A DNA stretch of 64,000 nucleotides. Source: an uncultured virus (IMG/VR IMGVR_UViG_3300050343_000275). Its lineage: Duplodnaviria; Heunggongvirae; Uroviricota; Caudoviricetes. The position numbers and the translations under genes were made by a program. Every line of letters starts with the position of its first letter. Position 1 is the first letter of the stretch. Location of the stretch: IMG/VR virus record IMGVR_UViG_3300050343_000275; one strand, 5' to 3'. The notes under the pieces were generated by a model, which ran no database searches, was not told the origin of the DNA, and saw only the letters and a program-made list of their open reading frames with translations. This document shows positions 48,053 to 56,474 of the stretch, in pieces.

Positions 48053-48601
48053 ATGACGCCAGAGCATCCCGAGTGGTACATAATCACTCTGCAGGACTTG
48101 CAACCAAGGGCCGCAATTAGACGTTATAGACAATCAATTAAAGATGAGTGGGGTGCTTGCGCATACTGCGGAAGAGCTCATGATTCAGATGGGAGCCCAT
48201 TGGAGATGACCCTTGATCATGTTGTCCCTAGACGATGGGGTGGAGATCGATGGGCACGCCGAAATATTGTCTCTTGCTGCAAGCGATGCAATAGGGCAAA
48301 GGGGTCAACTCGAAACTATCTAGATTGGTGGAAGTCGACTCCTTGGTATTGCTCACAAAGAGCCGAAAAGGTGTCTGCATGGATAGCCCCCATTTCGACG
48401 AACTGGACAATTGGAGAGGCCCTCAATGTTCGAACTAACCCAAGAGCAAAAGTTTCTTCTGAGAAGAGTCGAGCTGGAGGCTCACGAGCTAAGCAAAGCG
48501 GAACTCATCGATGCCTTACTGGGCTGCTGGGAGGCGCGGTTTCAATTGAAGCAGTCGTTCATGGAGTTCACGAGAGATGCGGGAATCCACTTCAAGCTTG
48601 A
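48053..48601 (+). CDS. HNH endonuclease
   Basis: CAYCG...TLDHVVP..GG...N...CKRCN..KG, motif intact. Confidence 0.88.
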   Translation: MTPEHPEWYIITLQDLQPRAAIRRYRQSIKDEWGACAYCGRAHDSDGSPLEMTLDHVVPRRWGGDRWARRNIVSCCKRCNRAKGSTRNYLDWWKSTPWYCSQRAEKVSAWIAPISTNWTIGEALNVRTNPRAKVSSEKSRAGGSRAKQSGTHRCLTGLLGGAVSIEAVVHGVHERCGNPLQA

Positions 48602-48770
48602 TGAGCAGAGGAGCCCGTATTCGCCTGACAGTTTAGAAGAGCTTGAAGCAGTATTTGGCTACGAGCCTACCGAAGAAGAAGCGGTTAACTATATCAAAGA
48701 CATGTACGAAACTGCCACAATGGAGTTGGATATGGACGAAATCGTTTTAGGTCTGGATAATGAGTCTTAG
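48426..48770 (+). CDS. nblA: NblA-like protein with acidic C-terminal extension
   Basis: MFELTQEQKFLLRR...LSKAEL matches the NblA L(S/T)xEQxF helix-loop-helix start. Confidence 0.55.
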   Translation: MFELTQEQKFLLRRVELEAHELSKAELIDALLGCWEARFQLKQSFMEFTRDAGIHFKLDEQRSPYSPDSLEELEAVFGYEPTEEEAVNYIKDMYETATMELDMDEIVLGLDNES

Positions 48771-49362
48771 TAAAGATGACGCACTTGCTATTGTCCAAAC
48801 CTCGCAGAGATTAGGAGTAGATCCGGGATCATTTGCTGGCTTATTGCAGTTGGAATCTGGCATTGATCCCAATATTTGGGGTGGGGCCGGAGGTAATTAC
48901 AGAGGTCTTATCCAGTTTGGTCCAGGTGCTCGGCAGGAGGTAGGACTTCCAGATGGCCCTATGACCATCCAGCAACAGCTGCCTTACGTCGAAAAGTATT
49001 ACCAGCAGCGTGGTTTCAAGCCTGGGGAGCACGACGAAACAGCGTTGTATAGAACGGTGTTAGTCGGCAACCCATATGACTCAGGCACGGATTCATTCGG
49101 AACTAATTCTGATAGTGCTGCACAAAGAATGATGCCCGGTGGAGACCTGTACAACACAGGCCTTCAGAGACTCAATGATGCGCTAGGTGGATCGCTCCCA
49201 GCTGGAGTCCCTTTGGAGCAAGCTGGCTATGGCAATACTGCTGTGAGTAATCTGCAAAGAATGGCTGGAGATGAAATCATTAAACAAGTCGAGCCAGAAA
49301 AGCATTCCAGTATTTTTGGTCCTGTCTTCGCAAAGCTGAGGAGCCTAGGCCTCGGTCGTTAG
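48760..49362 (+). CDS. Lytic transglycosylase-like muralytic protein (RMAGD in tail)
   Basis: LGVDP...LESG...GLIQF...QQLPYVEKY. Confidence 0.75.
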   Translation: MSLSKDDALAIVQTSQRLGVDPGSFAGLLQLESGIDPNIWGGAGGNYRGLIQFGPGARQEVGLPDGPMTIQQQLPYVEKYYQQRGFKPGEHDETALYRTVLVGNPYDSGTDSFGTNSDSAAQRMMPGGDLYNTGLQRLNDALGGSLPAGVPLEQAGYGNTAVSNLQRMAGDEIIKQVEPEKHSSIFGPVFAKLRSLGLGR

Positions 49363-49394
49363 TTGTTACATTCCAGCTAGAAGATAAATAGCAA

Positions 49395-49742
49395 ATGGGC
49401 TCAGTCGCAATTGGTGCGCTTGCTGCGTTGATTGGAGTTCTTTCCGGTCAAGGGATGGCAGCTGCTATTCGTGGAGGCAAGCTAAGCAAACGCATTTCAG
49501 CTCTAGAAGAATCTGTCCCAGAGCTGATTACTCGCAATGAAGTGCAGAGTGCATTTCAACAGGTCGCTCAAATTGAGGCGCAGCGAATGGCCCAGCAGCA
49601 ACAGCAGCAACAAATTGCTCGGCAATCTGCAGTGTTCAGCGGTGGTGATCAGACTCCTGCCGCAATGAACAAGAAGATCAACGAGCAACTTGCTGTACTC
49701 GGAGAGCGAATGAACCAATTAAATAATCAGTTTGCCGAATGA
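49395..49742 (+). CDS. Membrane-anchored coiled-coil protein
   Basis: N-terminal TM segment, poly-Q coil. Confidence 0.65.
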   Translation: MGSVAIGALAALIGVLSGQGMAAAIRGGKLSKRISALEESVPELITRNEVQSAFQQVAQIEAQRMAQQQQQQQIARQSAVFSGGDQTPAAMNKKINEQLAVLGERMNQLNNQFAE

Positions 49743-49743
49743 G

Positions 49744-50082
49744 TTAACTAAGGTCGAGGTCTATCCCATCGTGTTTGGTAAAGGCCTCGCCGTCTGGCCC
49801 GATAAAACGATCATCGCTACCCCATTGATTGCGTTGGTATTCCATTAGGAATAACAAGCAGCATCCAGCGTGTGCCAGGTGTGAAAAGCCTGTCTCTGGA
49901 TCCTTGTCTTCGCCACGCCACCAAGCGAATAGGTGACGGCAAAGAGCTGCGTAATAGCGCCCCCAGTTAGTTCCCCGGCACCAGTTATTAGCTTCGTACT
50001 TATCAGCTCCGTAGGCGAGGACGTCTGCTATCTCCCCAATAGCCGTGAAGGGAACGAGATCAAACCTAGTTTTGACTGACAA
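49744..50082 (-). CDS. dATP/dGTP diphosphohydrolase (DUF5664-like); TTG start assumed
   Basis: KTRFDLVP...YGADKY..NNW..G...RH...GEDKDPETGFSHLAHA. Confidence 0.85.
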   Translation of the reverse strand: MSVKTRFDLVPFTAIGEIADVLAYGADKYEANNWCRGTNWGRYYAALCRHLFAWWRGEDKDPETGFSHLAHAGCCLLFLMEYQRNQWGSDDRFIGPDGEAFTKHDGIDLDLS

Positions 50083-50140
50083 GGCATACAAACTGTTGCA
50101 TCTAGGATAGTTGAATATTGTTCTAATCAATACGTAGAAG

Positions 50141-50575
50141 ATGGATAGACGCTATGGGCAGATGCGTTTCTACGGAGGGACCAGAGCATCAACTAAGCAA
50201 AAGGAGAGCAGAGAGCGTTTGCTTAGTTCCTATATGTCCAATATCAAGAAAGGCATGAGAGATGCTGCTAACTATGGCGGCAGCACTGGTGGCAGAAAAT
50301 CGCTAGACGGAAAATCGGCAGGCAAGAAGATTATCGATCAGCGTCAGGCAAAGCAAGCTGAGAAGAGAAAGATCTTTGACCAGGAAGGCTCTGGTCGGTT
50401 CGGTGCTCGAGTTGAAGCTTGGATTGGAAAACAGTTTGATCCCGAAGTAAAGCAAGCGAAAATCGATAAACAGTTCGGCAGGGGCGACGAGGAGGAAGGA
50501 ACAAAAGTTGACTCCACTGGCCTGGACTCGACCGGTCTTAGCGGGTTAGGTAGCGGTAGCTTTACAGCTTATTGA
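50141..50575 (+). CDS. Basic hypothetical protein
   Basis: 144 aa ORF. Confidence 0.6.
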   Translation: MDRRYGQMRFYGGTRASTKQKESRERLLSSYMSNIKKGMRDAANYGGSTGGRKSLDGKSAGKKIIDQRQAKQAEKRKIFDQEGSGRFGARVEAWIGKQFDPEVKQAKIDKQFGRGDEEEGTKVDSTGLDSTGLSGLGSGSFTAY

Positions 50576-50760
50576 TTAAGAGCGCATTTTTCCGAATGAT
50601 ACGCGCCGTCTTTATGCATATGAACGGCGTCATGGATGAATGGAACTAGCCATACATCGACAGGAAAGCAGTGTTCCCAATTTGCAGGATGAGCACAGCT
50701 AATAACTACAGTCGAAACAAATGCTCCGAGATAATTTAGAACGTAACCTAAAGTGCTCAT
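50569..50760 (-). CDS. Small membrane protein
   Basis: TM segment then CAHPANWEHC. Confidence 0.6.
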   Translation of the reverse strand: MSTLGYVLNYLGAFVSTVVISCAHPANWEHCFPVDVWLVPFIHDAVHMHKDGAYHSEKCALNQ

Positions 50761-51188
50761 GCATCTGGCAGATATGCCTCAACGTAGCGCTTGGATACTG
50801 GGGTAACTGCTAGCTCTGTTTTCTTCTGAATAAGGCGTACTAAGTCTGTGGCAGAATAATCAATCATCGAGAATAGGCAGGCCGATCCGCTATTCCAGCG
50901 TTCGTCTCGATCTGTCGGGTCCCACCAGCGTGTGACTTTGAACGGTGATTTTGTTAGCTGCCGATAGTCGGGGAGGCTCTGATGAAATGAGTGCAGATTT
51001 GATGCAAGCTTGACGATGTTGCTGCAGATTTCTTCGTCAAGCTGTTGACGTTCTTCCATGCAGGAGGGCAGAGCATCGTTCCAGTTCAGCCATGAGTCAA
51101 AGACAAGGGAACGAAATGAGTAGATCAGTTCACCGTCAGGGAGGGTGAGCTCGTCAAGTTCGCAATCGGAGAATGGCAGTTGCATCAT
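50757..51188 (-). CDS. Hypothetical protein, weakly like a degenerate peptidase M15
   Basis: NIVKLA..L...PFKVTRWWDP. Confidence 0.55.
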   Translation of the reverse strand: MMQLPFSDCELDELTLPDGELIYSFRSLVFDSWLNWNDALPSCMEERQQLDEEICSNIVKLASNLHSFHQSLPDYRQLTKSPFKVTRWWDPTDRDERWNSGSACLFSMIDYSATDLVRLIQKKTELAVTPVSKRYVEAYLPDA

Positions 51189-51817
51189 GTGTAAAAGTTG
51201 TACTTCTTTTTCATGCCAAGCTCGTAAGCTTTTTCCCAGTCAGTGTGACCACTCATCTCATTCATGATGATTGGTCCCATGGTGAAAAATGAAGCATGGA
51301 ACAATGAGAGCTTTGAGTGAAAACGGTTTGCATCTGCTGGCGGCAAATAGATAACGCATGACCAGCTTGAAGGGCATATCTTCTTGTACATTTCCAGTTC
51401 GTCGTCGTACCAAGTCGGCTGAAGTCTCTTGAAAGGAATACAAACTGGATAGTTCCATATCCATGGGACCTTGGTCAGTGTCTCGCTGTTTGCGATCCAG
51501 ATCACTGCCTGGTCAACGTTTCCTTTGCGGTATTCCCTAAAGGTCTTATTGATTAACCGGCGTGTCCATTGAGCACCGTGGGCTGGCCCAACAAGAGCTC
51601 TTTTTTCACCGGGCAAATCCCAAGGTCGAGCAATAATGTCTTCGAGAGCAAACTCAGCACTAGAGCCTTCTCCTCGGTCGTAGAACTTTGCAGCTTGGAC
51701 TAACCCGTTAATCTCTTTTGTAGAGAAGGGATCAAAATCGATTGCTCCCATGACTGCTTTAGCCGAGGCGATTAAGTCCTTGGGTGGTCCCAGTTCAGTC
51801 CTGTGCTTAAGCGCCAT
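51185..51817 (-). CDS. Degenerate phage Dam-like adenine methyltransferase
   Basis: PP.DLIASA.AVMGAIDFDP.S...N..VQA..FY; NPPY position reads GPAH. Confidence 0.65.
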   Translation of the reverse strand: MALKHRTELGPPKDLIASAKAVMGAIDFDPFSTKEINGLVQAAKFYDRGEGSSAEFALEDIIARPWDLPGEKRALVGPAHGAQWTRRLINKTFREYRKGNVDQAVIWIANSETLTKVPWIWNYPVCIPFKRLQPTWYDDELEMYKKICPSSWSCVIYLPPADANRFHSKLSLFHASFFTMGPIIMNEMSGHTDWEKAYELGMKKKYNFYT

Positions 51818-51956
51818 ACGGGACGCAAGCAGTGAGCATTGTCTCGACGAACAGTGGGTCGGACTGCAGCGGGGCAGTCAGAAACTCTGCAGCAAAAGCT
51901 ATAACTAGGCCAGTTAATATTCCAAAGGTGAAGAACTTCATATAGATATCGTTCAT
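51807..51956 (-). CDS. Small membrane protein (49 aa, not in ORF track)
   Basis: ATGA-coupled; KFFTFGILTGLVIAFAAEFL. Confidence 0.5.
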   Translation of the reverse strand: MNDIYMKFFTFGILTGLVIAFAAEFLTAPLQSDPLFVETMLTACVPYGA

Positions 51957-52396
51957 GATGCAATCTCCTCCATCATTTCTTCAATACATCCAGTTGGATT
52001 TTCGCGATCAATACGCATCGATGCGAAGCCCGAGTTGTCGACGCGCATCAAGAGTGCACACTTGTCAGGATTCGAATCCTTAATCAGCGTTGCTATTTCC
52101 TTGAGGCTGGATGCCATTTTGGTGTCACCACTTTGTTTAGCAATGTCGTAATCCATGGTGATGTCCTGTTCCGATAAGTAGGTGCTGTGCCTAGATCCTT
52201 TGTGCATGCGCATGACAAGAATCCCCCTGCCGTATGTCTTCATCCCTTTGTCATATAGACGGATGAGGTCAAGACATACGACCTCGGTTGCAAGAAGGCT
52301 GTACTTCAGTGATGCTTCGCGTTCTCCTTTGCTAGTTGATTTTCTGAGCTCTGGGAAGAGACTCGCCAGCATTTCAATTGGTTGTGGTCTTGTCAT
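51953..52396 (-). CDS. Hypothetical protein
   Basis: 147 aa in operon. Confidence 0.65.
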   Translation of the reverse strand: MTRPQPIEMLASLFPELRKSTSKGEREASLKYSLLATEVVCLDLIRLYDKGMKTYGRGILVMRMHKGSRHSTYLSEQDITMDYDIAKQSGDTKMASSLKEIATLIKDSNPDKCALLMRVDNSGFASMRIDRENPTGCIEEMMEEIAS

Positions 52397-52646
52397 TTTT
52401 CAGGAATGAGAGGGCATCGAACATGTCAATTGCTTGGTCTGTTAATTGCTGTGCGCCAAGCGCTAATCCTCTTAGCTCTGCATAGGCAGGCTTGCCTTGC
52501 GTCGATTGGCAGAACATCTGTAGTTCTCCAAACGCAGAGACAAGCATTGCCAGTCGATCTGTATCGTCGACTTTGTTTCGACCGTACATTTTGACAAGAC
52601 TCATTAAGTCATTGTCTAGATCGTTCTGGTCTTCTTTAAATGCCAT
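52374..52646 (-). CDS. Hypothetical protein
   Basis: 90 aa abutting thyX. Confidence 0.6.
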   Translation of the reverse strand: MAFKEDQNDLDNDLMSLVKMYGRNKVDDTDRLAMLVSAFGELQMFCQSTQGKPAYAELRGLALGAQQLTDQAIDMFDALSFLKNDKTTTN

Positions 52647-53372
52647 TCAAGGTGCCAGAAGTGCTTTTTGAAAACGGTGTTGCTGATACCAAACCCATAC
52701 TTCTGGAACCCAGCGATGGACTTGAAGTTCGATCAGGTTCATGAGATCACGAATCTCCATTTGTGCATCAGCCTTGGCGCGAACATCTAAGAGATGTAGC
52801 CAGAATCTGAGGGAGCCAGTTACAACTCCATGCTGAAGGTAGCCAGTTGCTAGTACGGTTCGTGCGTGTTCTTCAGACGCACCTGCTTCTCTCATTCGGT
52901 CATAGTCAAGAGCTGACGAATAACAGCAAGCCAACATCTCATCTGCTTGATCTTGCGACCATGTGTATTTGTCACCCTGGCGGTCCCAGTAGACGCCTGG
53001 AGGGCGAACGTAGAAAACTTCTTCTGGTCTAATTTCACGCTTAGCGCACTTGCGAATACGCTCGCCGCTGTACCTCATTGACTGATAATCAAAGGTGCAG
53101 CCGATTCGGTGAGTTCGCAGCTGCATCATGGTGTTATGGTCTGCCCTGATCATTAGGCTCAGAGAAGGGTGCTCGAGAGGACCCCAATGCCCTTTTCCCC
53201 CTTTAAGTAAACGGTTGACAACGATCTTGCCTGCTTCATCCTCAGGAAGATCACTGCTCTTATGGCACTCTTCGCTGTAATCCGCATGCAGCGCTAGGTA
53301 TGCGAGCCGTTGCGGAAACTGGGTGGCGTCAACAACGTCCGCTTTGAAGGCTTGAAATGCTGGTGCTTCCAA
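52647..53372 (-). CDS. thyX: Flavin-dependent thymidylate synthase
   Basis: GHWGPLEH, QLRTHR...QSMRY, EHAR, AQMEIR. Confidence 0.93.
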   Translation of the reverse strand: MEAPAFQAFKADVVDATQFPQRLAYLALHADYSEECHKSSDLPEDEAGKIVVNRLLKGGKGHWGPLEHPSLSLMIRADHNTMMQLRTHRIGCTFDYQSMRYSGERIRKCAKREIRPEEVFYVRPPGVYWDRQGDKYTWSQDQADEMLACCYSSALDYDRMREAGASEEHARTVLATGYLQHGVVTGSLRFWLHLLDVRAKADAQMEIRDLMNLIELQVHRWVPEVWVWYQQHRFQKALLAP

Positions 53373-53449
53373 AGGTTGGATTCAACTGAACGCAAGGTAA
53401 CGCTTGGCGTTCAGCGTGCACGCCTTATCAGGCAAAGAATTGTTACGAC

Positions 53450-54136
53450 CTATGCCGCCTTTTTGACTTCCCCCATGTAGTGCTCTGTTAGCTCTTTAAC
53501 GTCGCCCAGCTCAGGAATCTTGCCAACAAACCGGTTGAGGTTGAACCTGCCTGATTCGCCTATCTCTTGTGCAGTCAGCCTGGCATCTGCTTCTAACGAC
53601 GGAATGAATTTATTGATGTAGTGCGAATTGATATCTTCGCCATACCTGACCGCATCACGGTTCGGTCTGTCTGTGTACTCCATTCTGGGAGCCTGATTTT
53701 CAGGTCTCTGCAAACGGGTGTCTTCGTATGCCTGGGTATCTTCTGTAAAAGTAGATCCTCGTGGTGGCAGCGGTTCTGCCTCAGCTGCTGAGCCTCTATT
53801 CCATTGATTGAGAATTGCACCTCGAATATCACCAACACTGTCGAGGTCTCCGCCTTCAGCGAGATGGTCGCCCTCGTCTGGATGCGCTTGAGCTGAGTGT
53901 GCTGCGATTAGGTCCTGGTTGGACGCCATGCCCATATTGGACCGCCCAATATAAACCTCATTGCCATCTGCGTCTTTTCCGTAGATGTCGTGTTCTGTTC
54001 TGCCTTGATTGTTTCGGTCAAGACCATAGCGCTCAGCTAATTGCTTGATATCGAAGTCGCCTTTCCCCCAATGCCCTGCAGCGTAGTTGGCTGAACTGCC
54101 TGTTCTGGTGTCATAGTTCGCGCTCGATCCTGCCAT
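53450..54136 (-). CDS. Array-2 paralogue 3
   Basis: C-terminal EPLPPRGSTFTEDTQ...YGEDINSHYINKFIPSLEADARLTAQEIGESGRFNL. Confidence 0.85.
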   Translation of the reverse strand: MAGSSANYDTRTGSSANYAAGHWGKGDFDIKQLAERYGLDRNNQGRTEHDIYGKDADGNEVYIGRSNMGMASNQDLIAAHSAQAHPDEGDHLAEGGDLDSVGDIRGAILNQWNRGSAAEAEPLPPRGSTFTEDTQAYEDTRLQRPENQAPRMEYTDRPNRDAVRYGEDINSHYINKFIPSLEADARLTAQEIGESGRFNLNRFVGKIPELGDVKELTEHYMGEVKKAA

Positions 54137-54169
54137 AGTCCTAGCTCAAGTGTTTGATTTTAAAATGAT

Positions 54170-54832
54170 TTAGTCGTCGTCATCGTCGTCTTCGCCTCTA
54201 AGTTGGGCGGAATAATATTCAAACATATCTTTTGGATCTCCTAGTTCGGGTACTTTCCCTATAAAGCGGTTGAGATTAAACCTGCCTGATTCTCCAATCT
54301 CTTGTGCTGTCAGTCTCGCGTCTGCTTCTAGTGATGGGATGAATTTATTGATGTAGTGCGAATTGATGTCTTCGCCATACCTGATTGCGTCCTGGCTTGG
54401 GTCGTTTGTAAACCCCATTCTTGGAGCTTGATTTCCAGGCCTCTGTAAGCGGGTGTCATTATATGCTTGAGTATCTTCTGTAAAAGTAGATCCCCGTGGT
54501 GGTAACGGTTCTGACTCCTGTTCTGCTACTGGCTCTTGTGTCTCCTGAGCTTGGGGTTCTTCTCTATTTACCCTTTCGTATATGTATTTCTTTTCGCCAT
54601 ATTCAAATCCGCCTTCTTTCTTTGCTCTTCTTGTTTGCGTGTAAGAAACGGGGTTTGGTGCATCCTGGTGAGGCACAAATGAATATTCATCCCTGAGCTC
54701 TCCGAAATCTGCGCCGCCATAGTTTTCCGAATGAGACCTGTTTAGCCTGGCGCGAACATTTTTTGCCCATTTATCATCGACATCAAAATACTGACCGTAA
54801 TTTTCACGAAGCGGTCCTGTGTATCGAGGCAT
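54170..54832 (-). CDS. Array-2 paralogue 2
   Basis: Same C-terminal module, unrelated N-terminus. Confidence 0.85.
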   Translation of the reverse strand: MPRYTGPLRENYGQYFDVDDKWAKNVRARLNRSHSENYGGADFGELRDEYSFVPHQDAPNPVSYTQTRRAKKEGGFEYGEKKYIYERVNREEPQAQETQEPVAEQESEPLPPRGSTFTEDTQAYNDTRLQRPGNQAPRMGFTNDPSQDAIRYGEDINSHYINKFIPSLEADARLTAQEIGESGRFNLNRFIGKVPELGDPKDMFEYYSAQLRGEDDDDDD

Positions 54833-55419
54833 TACTTATTCTCCTTAAGTTTGTCGGAATAGTACGTAAACAAGTCTTTTGGATCCCCTAACTCGGGGAC
54901 CTTGCCAATAAATCGATCGAGGTTAAACCTGCCTGATTCTCCAATCTCTTGCGCTGTAAGCCTGGCATCTGCTTCAAGCGATGGAATGAATTTATTGATG
55001 TAGTGCGAATTAATGTCTTCGCCATACCTGATCGCATCACGATTTGGCCTGTCTGGCCCTTCTGTGAAAGTCTGCCTAGGGGCTTGATTTTCAGGATTTT
55101 GTAGACGGGTATCATCAAATGTCTGGGTGTCTTCTGTAAAAGTAGATCCTCTTGGCGGTAACGGTTCAGGATCCGGCGTTGCAGCTGGTTCTGGTGCTGG
55201 CGTAGGTTCCTCCTCTTCCTTATTTCTATTTTCGAGAAACCTAACAATTTGCCTTACTTCTTTTTTCGAATTGACGTTACCTATATCAAGTTCCTCAGCG
55301 GCTTTTTTTACCTCTTTCTTTTTGTAGTCGTACAAAGGGTTGGTGTACTCGTACGAGTGCTTTGACCCATGTTTGGGATCACGATAATTAAATCTTCTCC
55401 CGTCAACAGTAAAGCCCAT
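54832..55419 (-). CDS. Array-2 paralogue 1
   Basis: Same C-terminal module; minus-strand TAGAAT at 55444-55449. Confidence 0.85.
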   Translation of the reverse strand: MGFTVDGRRFNYRDPKHGSKHSYEYTNPLYDYKKKEVKKAAEELDIGNVNSKKEVRQIVRFLENRNKEEEEPTPAPEPAATPDPEPLPPRGSTFTEDTQTFDDTRLQNPENQAPRQTFTEGPDRPNRDAIRYGEDINSHYINKFIPSLEADARLTAQEIGESGRFNLDRFIGKVPELGDPKDLFTYYSDKLKENK

Positions 55420-55446
55420 TCGCCTAGTACTGGTTTCTTACTGATT

Positions 55447-56136
55447 CTACGAAATATCTTCTTCTGCCATTGCTGCTTTGATTAGGTCGTCTAGCTTGAC
55501 TGGCTTGTCGGATGACATTCGGAAATCAATCCAAAGCTTGTTTGTCTTCTGGATTTTCTCGAAACGTTTGATATCTTTTTCCTTCGTAGCTTGCAAGAAG
55601 AGATGCGTATCGTGTTCAAGCTTGTGACTTGAATATTCCAGATCAATCTTAGAGATATGTCTGTTGTGGTGATAATGGGGTACGCCTTTAGCTTTTAGGT
55701 GCAGCGGATTGCAGCACTGATTGTTTCCGCACACTGGCTTTATTGGTAGCCGTCCGATGTCTCCCCAGGTAAACCAAAAGGCAACTCGTTGAGCGGAGTA
55801 TTGCCGAGCGCTTCCCCAGAAGCGTGGAATTGAGAAATAAGGAGACCCTGTCTTGGAGTGGTTTCTCCCTCGCCAGTCCCAGCATTCATCAGGTTCCCCG
55901 ATGTCTACAAAGGACCAAAACTCTAGGAATCTTCGCCTGTATTGCCGATGAATCTTATGGACGTCGAGAGTAAGCCTTCCTTCTGTAAGAGCTGAAACAC
56001 AGCGAACGCAAGCGTGGCTGTCATCGTATCGAGAGATCCGGCCATCCCTTGAGCCAAGCGAGTGATCCGAAAACGGACAAAGTGGCCCTGCTTCTGTCCT
56101 GCTATGCAAGTCTGGAGGTACGGGCCACTGAGCCAT
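55447..56136 (-). CDS. Degenerate His-Cys/HNH endonuclease-like protein
   Basis: FWSFVD...ECWDWRG...AQRVA...CGNNQCCNPLHL. Confidence 0.7.
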   Translation of the reverse strand: MAQWPVPPDLHSRTEAGPLCPFSDHSLGSRDGRISRYDDSHACVRCVSALTEGRLTLDVHKIHRQYRRRFLEFWSFVDIGEPDECWDWRGRNHSKTGSPYFSIPRFWGSARQYSAQRVAFWFTWGDIGRLPIKPVCGNNQCCNPLHLKAKGVPHYHHNRHISKIDLEYSSHKLEHDTHLFLQATKEKDIKRFEKIQKTNKLWIDFRMSSDKPVKLDDLIKAAMAEEDIS

Positions 56137-56168
56137 TGACTTTCAATTAGTAAAGAGAATGTATCGAA

Positions 56169-56474
56169 TCAAGCCGCAATTTCAGTAGCGGGTTCCATGC
56201 GTTTCAATCGCATGACGTGGTGTTGTGTTGGTGTCTTGAATTGGTCCCAGACGACCATGGCGTAGTTGATTGCATGGCCGCGAGAATTTCGCTTGACCTC
56301 GAATCCAACGACATTGCCTCGTCGTCTCGTGTGAATCATGCTTGTGATCTGTTCGAACTGTGGATGCCCCTTAGTGATGCAATGATCACCAAAGTTTTTA
56401 ATCTCCTCGACACGATCACCAATGGTGAGTCTCGACTCTTTCTTTGTCTGTTGTTTAGGCATTAGCTTTGACAT
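56169..56474 (-). CDS. Small SH3-like hypothetical protein
   Basis: IGDRV...RGNVVG...VVWD. Confidence 0.6.
   Translation of the reverse strand: MSKLMPKQQTKKESRLTIGDRVEEIKNFGDHCITKGHPQFEQITSMIHTRRRGNVVGFEVKRNSRGHAINYAMVVWDQFKTPTQHHVMRLKRMEPATEIAA

Noticed and set aside
47865..48601. IscB/OMEGA system
   Set aside because: The HNH protein is 182 aa with no recognisable RuvC or PLMP region; only the general RNA-plus-HNH idea is kept
53450..55419. Repeated DNA blocks as a CRISPR array
   Set aside because: Repeats are about 300-bp coding segments spaced 650-750 bp apart; no cas genes
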